From: an uncultured Aliiroseovarius sp.
GTDB taxonomy: Bacteria; Pseudomonadota; Alphaproteobacteria; Rhodobacterales; Rhodobacteraceae
Reading direction: 5' to 3'
Length of the DNA stretch: 42,919 bases
Assembly: GCA_964401125.1 (NCBI GenBank)
Contig: CAYNXK010000001.1
Span: 1-42,919 of the forward strand
The notes beneath the pieces were generated by a model. It was not told the DNA's origin and did not search any database. It was given only the letters and a program-made list of their open reading frames with translations. Shown in pieces: positions 18,825 through 28,593 of the stretch. The position numbers and the translations under genes are program-made. Position 1 is the first letter of the stretch. Each line of letters opens with the position of its first letter.

Positions 18825-19775
18825 TTAACTCTGCGCCAGATGCGAAGCCTTCAAAGCAAAATAATCCGGGGGGTTGCATCCGGTTTCAGCGCAGTTGAGG
18901 GCGGCGGCTTGTGTGGCCCAAACCAGTAGATCACTGATGCCTTGCCGATCCATTTTCTGAATACCCCCAGCGGTCAAAGTATTGTTTCTGGCCAAATGGG
19001 CCAGCAAGGTCGCCATGAAAGTATCACCAGCACCAATAGTGTCCCGCAATTTTGCTACGGGTGCTGCTTTGACATGAATCGGCGACCCACCAGCCAATGC
19101 AAACGCACCCTTGGCACCAAGTGTCACAACAAGAATTTTTGCCGAGGACTTTTCTGCCAGCAACCCAGCTGCCGTCAAGGAACCCGCCCCCGGATAGAGC
19201 CAGCTCAGGTCTTCATCGCTAAGTTTCAGCAGGTCCGTATGGGCAAGTATTTTGTCCAGACGTGCAAGATATCTGGCACGGTCGGCAATGAATGGGGCAC
19301 GAATATTGGGATCAAGGGCGCAAAAGAGGCCGTGCTGGTGCATACGGCAGTAATAATCGGCCCAGATATCGGCATCTAGGCCACCACTCAGGGTTAATGA
19401 GCCTAAATGCAAGGCTGTGGCGTTTTGCGGGGTGCAGGCAATCAGGCCGTCTGACGATACCATGCGCTCGGCTGTGCCAGTGCGATAAAACTGGTATGTT
19501 GCAACCCCGTCCTGCAAGCTGGCCACCGCAAGTGAAGTTGGCTCGCATCGGCGTTCGGACAGTAATTTTACACCTGAGGCACGAAGGGTTTCTGCAAGCA
19601 GATCACCAAGGCTGTCAGTAGAAAGCGGCGTCAGGTAGCCGGTCGCCTGCCCCTGCCGGCCAAGCGCCCGTGCGCAATTATAAGGAGACCCGCCCGGCAA
19701 AGCCTGAAAGCAATCGGCCGCCGCAGCTTTGAGTGGCACCATGTCGATCAGATTTTCACCACCGACGATGATCAT
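18825..19775 (-). CDS. PfkB-family carbohydrate kinase (fructokinase-like)
   Basis: N-terminal GENLIDM...PGGSPYNCARAL and the C-terminal PfkB signature DTIGAGDTFMATLLAHL. Confidence 0.8.
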   Translation of the reverse strand: MIIVGGENLIDMVPLKAAAADCFQALPGGSPYNCARALGRQGQATGYLTPLSTDSLGDLLAETLRASGVKLLSERRCEPTSLAVASLQDGVATYQFYRTGTAERMVSSDGLIACTPQNATALHLGSLTLSGGLDADIWADYYCRMHQHGLFCALDPNIRAPFIADRARYLARLDKILAHTDLLKLSDEDLSWLYPGAGSLTAAGLLAEKSSAKILVVTLGAKGAFALAGGSPIHVKAAPVAKLRDTIGAGDTFMATLLAHLARNNTLTAGGIQKMDRQGISDLLVWATQAAALNCAETGCNPPDYFALKASHLAQS

Positions 19776-19824
19776 TTGGCAATGCCGCTTGTTGCCGTCT
19801 CAAACAGCTGGTTTCTGGTCGGGC

Positions 19825-20430
19825 TCATGAGCTTTCATCCAACAATATGAGGTGACGGGCAACAAAAGCTACACGCACTTCAACCGGAGGCCGCAGTTCT
19901 ACGCTCAGACTTTGAATTGCCATAGCGTCAGGCTTGCCAAAAAGCTTGTTTGATTCGGCAATGCTAAACCCGGCAATCTGTGTGGCCTCCAGCCAGGCGG
20001 AAATGCGATCTGCTTTTTTGATGGCCTTTTTGACCGTAACAGGCACCTGTGCAGGCAGCCCGAAACGGATATTTATAACTGCCTGCAAGCGCTCATCCAG
20101 CGCTCCATATCCCGGCCCGACAGCGGCTTTAACTGGTGAAATCATGTCGCCAATCACATATTCAGGCGCGTCATGCAAAAGGGCCGCCAACCGCCATTTT
20201 GCCGGGGCTTTGGGGTTCAAGCGGCCATAAATCTCCTCAACCAAAAGTGAGTGCTCGGCCACTGAATATGGCCAGTTGCCAATGGTTTGCCCATTCCAAC
20301 GCGCCACAAAAGCCAATCCGTGGGCAATATCCTCTATTTCAATATCAACAGGGGTCGGGTCCAGCAAATCAAGCCTGCGCCACGAGAGCATACGTTGCCA
20401 TGCGCGTGGTTTTTTCACCTGACATTCCAT
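19825..20430 (-). CDS. HD-domain phosphohydrolase (YfbR-like 5'-nucleotidase family)
   Basis: AEHSLLV...LLHDAPEYVIGDMISPVK gives the H...HD...D metal-binding pattern. The true start may be GTG 20418 (VKKPRAWQRML). Confidence 0.75.
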   Translation of the reverse strand: MECQVKKPRAWQRMLSWRRLDLLDPTPVDIEIEDIAHGLAFVARWNGQTIGNWPYSVAEHSLLVEEIYGRLNPKAPAKWRLAALLHDAPEYVIGDMISPVKAAVGPGYGALDERLQAVINIRFGLPAQVPVTVKKAIKKADRISAWLEATQIAGFSIAESNKLFGKPDAMAIQSLSVELRPPVEVRVAFVARHLILLDESS

Positions 20431-20440
20431 TCATATAAAG

Positions 20441-20472
20441 CCCGAAGTGCTGGGCCCCCGAAGTGCTGGGCC
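20441..20472. repeat. Perfect 16-bp tandem duplication (CCCGAAGTGCTGGGCC x2) in the HD/ahcY divergent intergenic region
   Basis: Read directly: 20441-20456 and 20457-20472 are identical. Confidence 0.95.
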
Positions 20473-20589
20473 GATGATTAGATTTATAGCAATGCTTTAC
20501 AACCAGATTTAGAGGGAAGCCCTCGCTTACATTGCCTATTAACCAGGTCAGTGTTAGTCAGCACCAAATAACTCAGAAAAGGATCGCCC

Positions 20590-21984
20590 GTGAGTAACGA
20601 CTATTATGTAAAAGACATCTCTTTAGCAGATTTTGGCCGCAAAGAGCTGGATATTGCCGAAACTGAAATGCCTGGCCTGATGGCTCTGCGCACGGAATAT
20701 GGCGCCAGCAAGCCGCTGAAGGGTGCGCGCATTGCCGGCTCTCTGCACATGACAATCCAAACGGCTTGTCTGATCGAAACGCTTGTATGCTTGGGGGCTG
20801 ATGTGCGCTGGGCCTCGTGTAATATCTTCTCGACCCAAGACCATGCTGCCGCCGCGATTGCTGCCACGGGTGTCCCGGTTTTTGCCGTCAAGGGCCAGTC
20901 TCTGGTCGAGCATTGGGATTATCAGGACAGGATCTTCATGTTTGAAGATGGGCCCTGCAACCTTATTTTGGACGATGGCGGCGATGCCACGCTGTATATT
21001 TTGCTGGGCGCACGCGCCGAGAACGGCGAGCCAGAAGTTCTGGAGGTGCCGCAATCCGAGGAAGAAGAGGCCATCTTCGCCCAGATCAAAAAGCGTATGG
21101 CCGCAAGCCCCGGCTGGTTCACAGCACAACGTGCCGCACTTAAGGGCGTGTCCGAGGAAACCACTACCGGCGTTCACCGCTTGTATCAGCTGATGGAAGA
21201 GGGCCAGTTGCCGTTCCCGGCGATCAATGTAAATGATTCTGTCACCAAGTCGAAATTTGACAACAAATATGGCTGCAAAGAAAGCCTGGTTGATGGCATT
21301 CGCCGCGCCACCGACACCATGATGGCCGGCAAGGTTGCCGTGGTTTGTGGCTATGGTGACGTGGGCAAAGGCTCGGCGGCATCACTGGCCGGGGCCGGCG
21401 CGCGGGTGAAAGTGACTGAGATCGACCCTATCTGTGCGCTTCAGGCGGCCATGGATGGCTTTGAGGTGGTGCGGCTGGAAGATGCGGTGGCAAGTGCTGA
21501 CATCATCATTACCACCACCGGCAACAAGGATGTGATCCGTATCGAGCATATGCGCGAGATGAAGGATATGGCAATCGTCGGTAATATTGGCCATTTTGAC
21601 AACGAAATTCAGGTGGCGGCGCTGAAAAATCACAAATGGACCAACATCAAGGAACAGGTGGACATGATCGAGATGCCCTCGGGCAACCGCATCATCCTGC
21701 TGTCCGAGGGCCGCTTGCTGAACCTTGGCAATGCCACCGGCCACCCCTCGTTTGTAATGAGCGCAAGCTTCACCAATCAGGTTCTGGCGCAAATTGAGCT
21801 GTGGACCAAAGGTGGTGAGTACAAAAACGAGGTTTATATCCTGCCCAAACATCTGGATGAAAAAGTTGCCCGCCTACATCTGGATCGGGTCGGGGTGAAT
21901 TTGAGCGAACTCAGCAAGGAACAGGCGGAGTATATCGGCGTTTCCACCGGCGGGCCTTACAAGCCCGAACATTACCGCTACTGA
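20590..21984 (+). CDS. ahcY: Adenosylhomocysteinase (S-adenosyl-L-homocysteine hydrolase)
   Basis: GTG start. [27 protein letters not shown]..., the NAD-binding [10 protein letters not shown] motif, and the C-terminal ...[10 protein letters not shown] are all hallmark AhcY sequence. Confidence 0.97.
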   Translation: MSNDYYVKDISLADFGRKELDIAETEMPGLMALRTEYGASKPLKGARIAGSLHMTIQTACLIETLVCLGADVRWASCNIFSTQDHAAAAIAATGVPVFAVKGQSLVEHWDYQDRIFMFEDGPCNLILDDGGDATLYILLGARAENGEPEVLEVPQSEEEEAIFAQIKKRMAASPGWFTAQRAALKGVSEETTTGVHRLYQLMEEGQLPFPAINVNDSVTKSKFDNKYGCKESLVDGIRRATDTMMAGKVAVVCGYGDVGKGSAASLAGAGARVKVTEIDPICALQAAMDGFEVVRLEDAVASADIIITTTGNKDVIRIEHMREMKDMAIVGNIGHFDNEIQVAALKNHKWTNIKEQVDMIEMPSGNRIILLSEGRLLNLGNATGHPSFVMSASFTNQVLAQIELWTKGGEYKNEVYILPKHLDEKVARLHLDRVGVNLSELSKEQAEYIGVSTGGPYKPEHYRY

Positions 21985-22010
21985 GAGATATCAAGCCAAC
22001 ACAACAACGA

Positions 22011-22045
22011 CCGCCGCCCGGGGAAATCCTGGGCGGCGGTTTTTG
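22011..22045 (+). terminator. Rho-independent terminator after ahcY (between convergent ahcY and trpB-like)
   Basis: CCGCCGCCCGGG-GAAAT-CCTGGGCGGCGG followed by TTTTTG. Confidence 0.8.
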
Positions 22046-22047
22046 TT

Positions 22048-23250
22048 CTACTCACCAAAACCGAAAGTCTCGGTCACATAATCCAGATCCTTGTCACCCC
22101 TGCCAGAGAGGTTGATGAGAATTGACTTGTTGGGGTTGTTTTTGGCTTCCCGCATGGCAAAGGCCACCGCATGTGCAGTTTCAAGTGCGGGAATAATGCC
22201 TTCATGCCGCGACAGGGCATAAAATGCTGCCAGCGCCTCTTTATCATTCGCCGTGGTATATTTGACCCGGCCGGTTTTTGACAGATAGGCATGCTCAGGG
22301 CCAACACCGGGGTAATCCAGGCCCGAGGCAATGGTGTGAACTGGCGCCGGCTCGCCATTGGCATCTTTCAGAACCAGAGTGCGGAAGCCGTGAATATCCC
22401 CATCTTCGCCATAGGTAATTGTCGCGGCGTGCTCTCCCAGTTTGGACGAAGTTCCCAGTGGCTCAACCCCATGCAAAGACACGCTTTCTTCATCAATAAA
22501 CCCCAAAAATAAGCCTATGGCATTTGAGCCGCCACCAATGCAGGCGGCAACCATATCCGGCAATCCTCCCGTCATCTCGTGAAACTGCTCGCGTGCCTCA
22601 ATGCCCACTACGTGTTGAAAATCACGCACCATCATCGGAAAAGGGTGCGGGCCTACAACCGAGCCGATGGCAAAAAAGGCCGTGTCAGCTTGGGGCACGT
22701 AGGCCTGGAAGGCGCTGTCCACCGCCTCCTTTAGCGACCGGCCACCGTGGCTAACCGGAATAACATTTGCTCCCAACAGCTTCATTCGGGTGACATTGGG
22801 GGCTTCTTTTTTAATATCAACCTCGCCCATGTGGATTTCGCATTCCATACCAAAATATGCCGCCGCCGTGGCAAGGGCGACACCGTGCTGCCCGGCCCCG
22901 GTCTCGGCCATCAGCTTGGTTTTGCCCATATGCCGGGCCAAAAGTGCCTCGGCCATACAATGATTCAGCTTGTGAGCACCAGTATGGTTCAAATCTTCGC
23001 GCTTGGCATAGATTTGCGCCCCGCCAGAGAGGGCAGACAGGTTTTTCAGGTGTGAAATCGGCGTTGGCCGGCCCTGAAAATGCTTGCGGATCAAACGTAA
23101 CTCATCAAGAAACTCAGCCGACTTTGAGAGCATGGCATAAGCCTCACGGATTTCCTTGAAATGCGGCTCAAGCGGTGGCGGCAGCATGGCCCCGCCATAA
23201 TCTCCGAAAAACCCGTCTGCATTCGGTGTGGTTTCTAAATATGATGCCAT
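22048..23250 (-). CDS. trpB: Tryptophan synthase beta-chain family PLP enzyme (stand-alone TrpB-like)
   Basis: [10 protein letters not shown]..., [13 protein letters not shown] (PLP lysine), [30 protein letters not shown] and NLSGRGDKD are collinear with TrpB. No trpA is adjacent. Confidence 0.8.
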   Translation of the reverse strand: MASYLETTPNADGFFGDYGGAMLPPPLEPHFKEIREAYAMLSKSAEFLDELRLIRKHFQGRPTPISHLKNLSALSGGAQIYAKREDLNHTGAHKLNHCMAEALLARHMGKTKLMAETGAGQHGVALATAAAYFGMECEIHMGEVDIKKEAPNVTRMKLLGANVIPVSHGGRSLKEAVDSAFQAYVPQADTAFFAIGSVVGPHPFPMMVRDFQHVVGIEAREQFHEMTGGLPDMVAACIGGGSNAIGLFLGFIDEESVSLHGVEPLGTSSKLGEHAATITYGEDGDIHGFRTLVLKDANGEPAPVHTIASGLDYPGVGPEHAYLSKTGRVKYTTANDKEALAAFYALSRHEGIIPALETAHAVAFAMREAKNNPNKSILINLSGRGDKDLDYVTETFGFGE

Positions 23251-23427
23251 TCCCTCGGCCCCTTTTCAAATTTCGTTGTGTGATTTGACAATCTAATCGC
23301 AATTGCTGCAAGTGTTGTTTTCAGGCATGTGTTGATACGCCTATTTTTCCCCTTGCCCCGTGCGGTTTTTATATTACCTTGGGCAGAGTTAGGGCATATG
23401 CCTGGTTTTTAAATGGGAGCTGAAGAT

Positions 23428-23769
23428 ATGGGAAAACGTGATGATCTGATCGAGAAATACGCAGATGATCTGAAAAATAAATGCGGGATGACACCAGATA
23501 TGGCCTTGCTGACCAAGGTTACTATTGGTTGTGGTCCGGCTATTTATAATGCCGACGCATCAACTGTGGCTGGCGGGCAGGAAAGTGAACTGGAAACAGT
23601 TAAGGACAACTTCTTGATCAAAAAGCTGGGGCTTACCGATGGCCCGCAACTGATGGAGGCCATCAACGCGGTTATTCAAACTTACGGCCAAAGTGAGCGT
23701 AACAAATACCGTGCGGTTATTTATTATATGCTCACCAAGCATTTTGGCAAAGAATCAGTCTACGGATAA
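23428..23769 (+). CDS. DUF2853-family protein
   Basis: MGKRDDLIEKYADDLKNKCGM...LLTKVTIGCGPAIYN...NKYRAVIYYMLTKHFGKESVY resembles the conserved alphaproteobacterial DUF2853 proteins, from memory. ATG 23428 is preferred over 23413. Confidence 0.7.
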   Translation: MGKRDDLIEKYADDLKNKCGMTPDMALLTKVTIGCGPAIYNADASTVAGGQESELETVKDNFLIKKLGLTDGPQLMEAINAVIQTYGQSERNKYRAVIYYMLTKHFGKESVYG

Positions 23770-23792
23770 GCTGGTAAATTTCAAAATTTTGA

Positions 23793-23823
23793 GGCGCCGC
23801 AGCAATGCCGGCGCCTTTATTAT
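23793..23823 (+). terminator. Rho-independent terminator of the DUF2853 gene
   Basis: GGCGCCG-CAGCAATGC-CGGCGCC followed by TTTATTATT. Confidence 0.7.
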
Positions 23824-23859
23824 TACTACCTCATTAACCTTAACATATTGTATTTAAAA

Positions 23860-24018
23860 GAAATGATGTAGGTTAAGCGGTTGTGTGGTTCGCTTGAATT
23901 GTCTAACGTCAATATAAGGCCAGGATGGTCGGAACCTTATTCAGAGACACGTGTGGTGCTGAGGGAGCACGTGGGGTGGAAGGAGGGTTCCGATGGGGTC
24001 GGAGCCCTCCTTTTTATT
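23860..24018 (+). ncRNA. Candidate small RNA (5' end undefined) ending at an orphan strong terminator
   Basis: A 12-bp GC-rich hairpin, GGAGGGTTCCGA-TGGGG-TCGGAGCCCTCC (23982-24010), is followed by TTTTTATT. It lies about 190 nt downstream of the previous gene's own terminator, in a region with no ORF of 60 aa or more. Upstream are small hairpins and a twin CACGTG(T/G)GGTG motif. Confidence 0.3.
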
Positions 24019-24145
24019 GGAGAGCAAAATCATAAAATATGATGGCCGTCCCTATAATTTACCGCCAGTAGTAGCATATCTGCCGTCAATAACTGCTGTC
24101 AGGGGCTGCTGACGTTCAGGATTCATAAAGCACCTAATTTCTGAT

Positions 24146-24171
24146 AAAAAACCCCGCCACAATGGGCGGGG
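24146..24171 (-). terminator. Rho-independent terminator of ccrM
   Basis: On the minus strand, CCCCGCC-CATTGT-GGCGGGG is followed by TTTTTT, 65 nt after the ccrM stop. Confidence 0.8.
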
Positions 24172-24235
24172 TAAGTGAGTGCTGTGGAGTCAGACCACAA
24201 GCACCGGCGGTAGGTCTTTGATTCGTTGGGTTTGG

Positions 24236-25437
<1,202 letters not shown>

Positions 25438-25443
25438 AGTAGC

Positions 25444-26073
25444 TTAACTTTTCTCTTGATACAAGATATTGTGGATAGGTTTGAACGAACGCCTATGGTG
25501 AGGGGTTACACCCAAGTCAAGCAATGCTGCTTTGTGGCTTTTTGATGGATATCCGGCATTTGTCTCCCAGCCATAGCCCGGATGCTGTTGCGCTAAATCC
25601 ACCATCAGCCGGTCACGGCATACTTTTGCCACAATTGAAGCGGCCGAAATCGACAGGCTTCGCGCATCGCCCTTGATAATTGCCTCGGCAGAAATTGTCA
25701 GATCACGCGGGAGCATATTGCCATCAATCAGCAGGTGGTCAGGCGCCGTTTTCAGCCCCGCTACAGCGCGCTGCATTGCCAAATGACTGGCGCGTAAAAT
25801 ATTCAGCTGGTCAATCTCAACTACGGAAGCGTGGGCAATGCAAATTTCGGCACAGGCCATGATTTCATCATAGAGCGCAGCGCGGCGCGGCGCAGTGAGA
25901 ACCTTGCTATCATTCAGCCCGGCGGGAATATGCGCCGGGTCAAGCACAACAGCCGCCGCAGTCACCGGGCCTGCCAGTGGGCCGCGCCCAACCTCATCCA
26001 CCCCAGCAATACGCACCAGTCCGCGTGCCATGGCGGATAATTCAAAACTGAAATCGGGGGTGGATTTTTTCAT
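25444..26073 (-). CDS. rnhB: Ribonuclease HII
   Basis: IAGVDEVGRGPLAGPV (catalytic DE) ...DSK...LLIDGN...ASIVAKV.RD are canonical RNase HII motifs. ATG 26073 (MKKSTPDF) is preferred over GTG 26097. Confidence 0.9.
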   Translation of the reverse strand: MKKSTPDFSFELSAMARGLVRIAGVDEVGRGPLAGPVTAAAVVLDPAHIPAGLNDSKVLTAPRRAALYDEIMACAEICIAHASVVEIDQLNILRASHLAMQRAVAGLKTAPDHLLIDGNMLPRDLTISAEAIIKGDARSLSISAASIVAKVCRDRLMVDLAQQHPGYGWETNAGYPSKSHKAALLDLGVTPHHRRSFKPIHNILYQEKS

Positions 26074-26229
26074 ACGCTCTGGATAACCGTTCGGCACCGG
26101 AGGGCAAGAAAAAAGGCGGAAGAGTCAGACCCTCCCGCCAGTTACGGTGTCTCTTGTGAAACACCGGTGACGCGGCTGGATGTTGGGGATGCTACCCGCG
26201 CCACTGCTCGTTAACTCAAACTCAAAGGC

Positions 26230-26673
26230 TTAGCTGTTCCAGGCGATTCGGTAGCCTTCCTGCCGCAAGCAACGCGGCTGATAGACATGCCGCTGCACCT
26301 GATTGCCATTCCAGTTTTCGGTCTGAATTGTGAGTGCGCATTGCGCCGGCAAACCGGCCCAGTTCTGAAAATTATTGCGTAGGCAGCGTTTGCCAAAGAA
26401 CGATTCATTACCAAAGCGGGTGTCAAAAGTTTTCAGGCACGAGCCGGGCAAGTTTTTCAGGTGCAGGGGGTTGGGAATCGCAGTGTTTGTCCTGGAGTTA
26501 TGGTTAATCGCTGCCCCGATCAGGCCCAAAACAATCAGTGCTCCGATAACTTTGGCCGCATCGTCATTGCCAGCCCGTGCAGGCGATGCAGCAACGGGGG
26601 TGAAGGCAAGAGCAGCGGCCAGAAACATGGCCACTACCGGGCGCAGGAAAAAACGGGGGGCGAGGTGGGTCAT
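26230..26673 (-). CDS. Hypothetical exported protein with a 4-Cys C-terminal domain
   Basis: 147 aa with a signal-like N terminus ending ASPARA. A second hydrophobic stretch (VIGALIVLGLIGAAI) follows, then a Cys-containing domain (CLKTF...CLRNNF...CALTI...CLRQEGY). I recognise no family. Confidence 0.6.
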   Translation of the reverse strand: MTHLAPRFFLRPVVAMFLAAALAFTPVAASPARAGNDDAAKVIGALIVLGLIGAAINHNSRTNTAIPNPLHLKNLPGSCLKTFDTRFGNESFFGKRCLRNNFQNWAGLPAQCALTIQTENWNGNQVQRHVYQPRCLRQEGYRIAWNS

Positions 26674-26835
26674 GGGGCGTTCCTTTCTTTATTGCCGAAA
26701 CAGGTTTTCCGGCGATGCCCTAATCTGCGTGCTTCCCCTCTCGCTAGACAATATCCCCGCCCTGCTATCGCATAACAGCGCCTGCCATGGCATTTTGATA
26801 TTGAATAACAGGGCAACCTTGCGCAGGATGGGCAC

Positions 26836-27135
26836 ATGATGGAACGTACTCTAAAAACATTGGCCCTCGCAGCCCTGCTTGCCAGCTTTGCCCTGACAGC
26901 TCAGGCGGCGTGCTTTGCCGATTACAAAGCCAAGCGCAATGACCCGTTGCAGCTGCATTACGGGGTTATTGAGCTTCCTGATACCGCCTGCGGATCGGAT
27001 GAAGCGGCGGCGGCCCAGATTGCCGATCGCATTTCCGTTGATGGCTGGATTTTGCTAAACGTGCTCTCACGCTTTGGTGCTGAAGGACTGGAACAAAGGA
27101 AAGAGAGTGCGGGAGACTACCACTTACGCTATTGA
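26836..27135 (+). CDS. Small (99 aa) exported protein, unknown function
   Basis: Clear signal peptide (TLKTLALAALLASFALTAQA/AC) and two Cys in the mature part. Its 3' end is overlapped by the next ORF. Confidence 0.6.
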   Translation: MMERTLKTLALAALLASFALTAQAACFADYKAKRNDPLQLHYGVIELPDTACGSDEAAAAQIADRISVDGWILLNVLSRFGAEGLEQRKESAGDYHLRY

Positions 27136-27811
27136 TGCGCGCCGATCTGGCGGGCGGGTTGTAACTTTCGGAATCGTGGCGATTGTCACGGTTTTGCTGG
27201 TTGCCGCCATTTTGCTGTTCATGAGCCTGCCGGATGCGGGTGCTTTCAATGCGCAGGTTGAGCGAATATTCGTTGAAAATGACGACCTGACATCGGGGGC
27301 TGAGATTAAGCTGCTTGAAATTCTCGCCCAGTCCGGTACCTCATTTGCTGATACACTGACCTCGTACCGCATGGTGATTTTCGTGCTGCTAGTGTTTTCC
27401 ACCGCCTTGCTGATCTCCGCGCTGGTTTTTCTTGTCACCATCATCACCCTCAACCGCCGCATGGGTGAAATTGAGCGGGCGGGCATCCAAATCAACTCAC
27501 TTCTGATCAGCCGCGAAGAACGTGCAGTTTATTTGAATAATATGGAATTCACCCTGACCCAGGCAGCGATTGAGACCCTTTCAGTTCTGGCCGAGGCACG
27601 GATGGATGAAGAAGTGCTGTCAGGATCCGAGATCGAGGGCATGATTTCAGGCCGTCCTGCTGCCGATTGTGATGAAGCAGCCGGGGCCACCCGCATCAAA
27701 CGTCTGCGCGATGCGCTGGGCAATCAAATGATGAGCCAGCTTCTGGTAAAAACCATTACACGGCGTGGCTATATGCTCTCAATCGACAAGGATGTGATCC
27801 GCATAATCTGA
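27074..27811 (+). CDS. Membrane-embedded transcriptional regulator with a C-terminal OmpR/PhoB-type winged helix (no receiver domain)
   Basis: There are two long hydrophobic spans, then FTLTQAAIETLSVLAEA...TRIKRLRDALG...LVKTITRRGYMLS. This matches the Trans_reg_C pattern (LTxxEfxLLxxL...vdvhIrRLRkKl...i.TvrgvGYrl). The start is uncertain: TTG 27074 or GTG 27107, the latter preceded by AAGGAAAGAG. Confidence 0.65.
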   Translation: MVLKDWNKGKRVRETTTYAIDARRSGGRVVTFGIVAIVTVLLVAAILLFMSLPDAGAFNAQVERIFVENDDLTSGAEIKLLEILAQSGTSFADTLTSYRMVIFVLLVFSTALLISALVFLVTIITLNRRMGEIERAGIQINSLLISREERAVYLNNMEFTLTQAAIETLSVLAEARMDEEVLSGSEIEGMISGRPAADCDEAAGATRIKRLRDALGNQMMSQLLVKTITRRGYMLSIDKDVIRII

Positions 27812-27917
27812 AGCGTTGTTGTCACTACAGGTCCAAAAATACCCATCTACCTCCTGATTGCCACCTCAGACAGTTTGGGGTTTACCTTTACGATGGAGTT
27901 CTGAGCCATCTCAAAGC

Positions 27918-28181
27918 TCAACGCCCACTGGACGAGATAAAGACAGCTCCGCCCGAAGTGGTGCGGCGGGTCCAGCTGCTGGAAGAGTTGGCAGATATGT
28001 CGCAACCCAGCCGGCCAAACGGGGTATCAAGCCCTCGTGCAGCACAACCTGCACGCGCACCAGCTACGGTTTCAACCATGGTGGGGTCAGGCGCGGCCTC
28101 ATTATTGGCCTGCATGACAACAGCAGCTGAGGCAATCAGGCTCAGTGCTGTGGCGATAAGGATTGGTCCTCTGAATTCCAT
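27918..28181 (-). CDS. Possible small exported protein (87 aa)
   Basis: From ATG 28181: MEFRGPILIATALSLIASAAVVMQA (signal-like), then a two-Cys segment and a Ser-rich tail. The competing plus-strand ORFs have no features. The call is weak. Confidence 0.35.
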   Translation of the reverse strand: MEFRGPILIATALSLIASAAVVMQANNEAAPDPTMVETVAGARAGCAARGLDTPFGRLGCDISANSSSSWTRRTTSGGAVFISSSGR

Positions 28182-28593
28182 TTGGCGGCACCTGTTCGTT
28201 CCATCCGCAGTCAACCTACCAACCTATTTTGTCGAAAATTTGCCATAAAGGTGTTATTTCACGCAATATTGCCCCATATATTAACAGGCCTGTAGGGTGT
28301 TTTGCGCCTCTTTATGCCCCATTGCCATGCCTCATTGCCTTGTTGGTATAGCGCACGGGAGTGAATTTTGATCCCAAAATTCATGAAGCATGCGCGCAAA
28401 TTCAAAGGCTTATAGCCTGACAGCAGAATCAAAATAAAGTCATCCGGCTATATTTCCTGGGCTTTGTCACAAAGTTTTGGCAAGCTTGAATATCAATACC
28501 TGAGCTTTTTCAACGGAAGTCAGTTAAGGTGACAACACCGTAAAAACGCATAAAGCTGGCCATCAAAGTGCATTGGGGCAAGTGCCAGCAGGG

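Noticed and set aside
20473-20589. Possible SAH riboswitch in the ahcY leader
   Set aside because: I looked for the conserved SAH-riboswitch core and a pseudoknotted GC-rich hairpin but could not find them. The leader is AT-rich and short. A cmscan run would be decisive.
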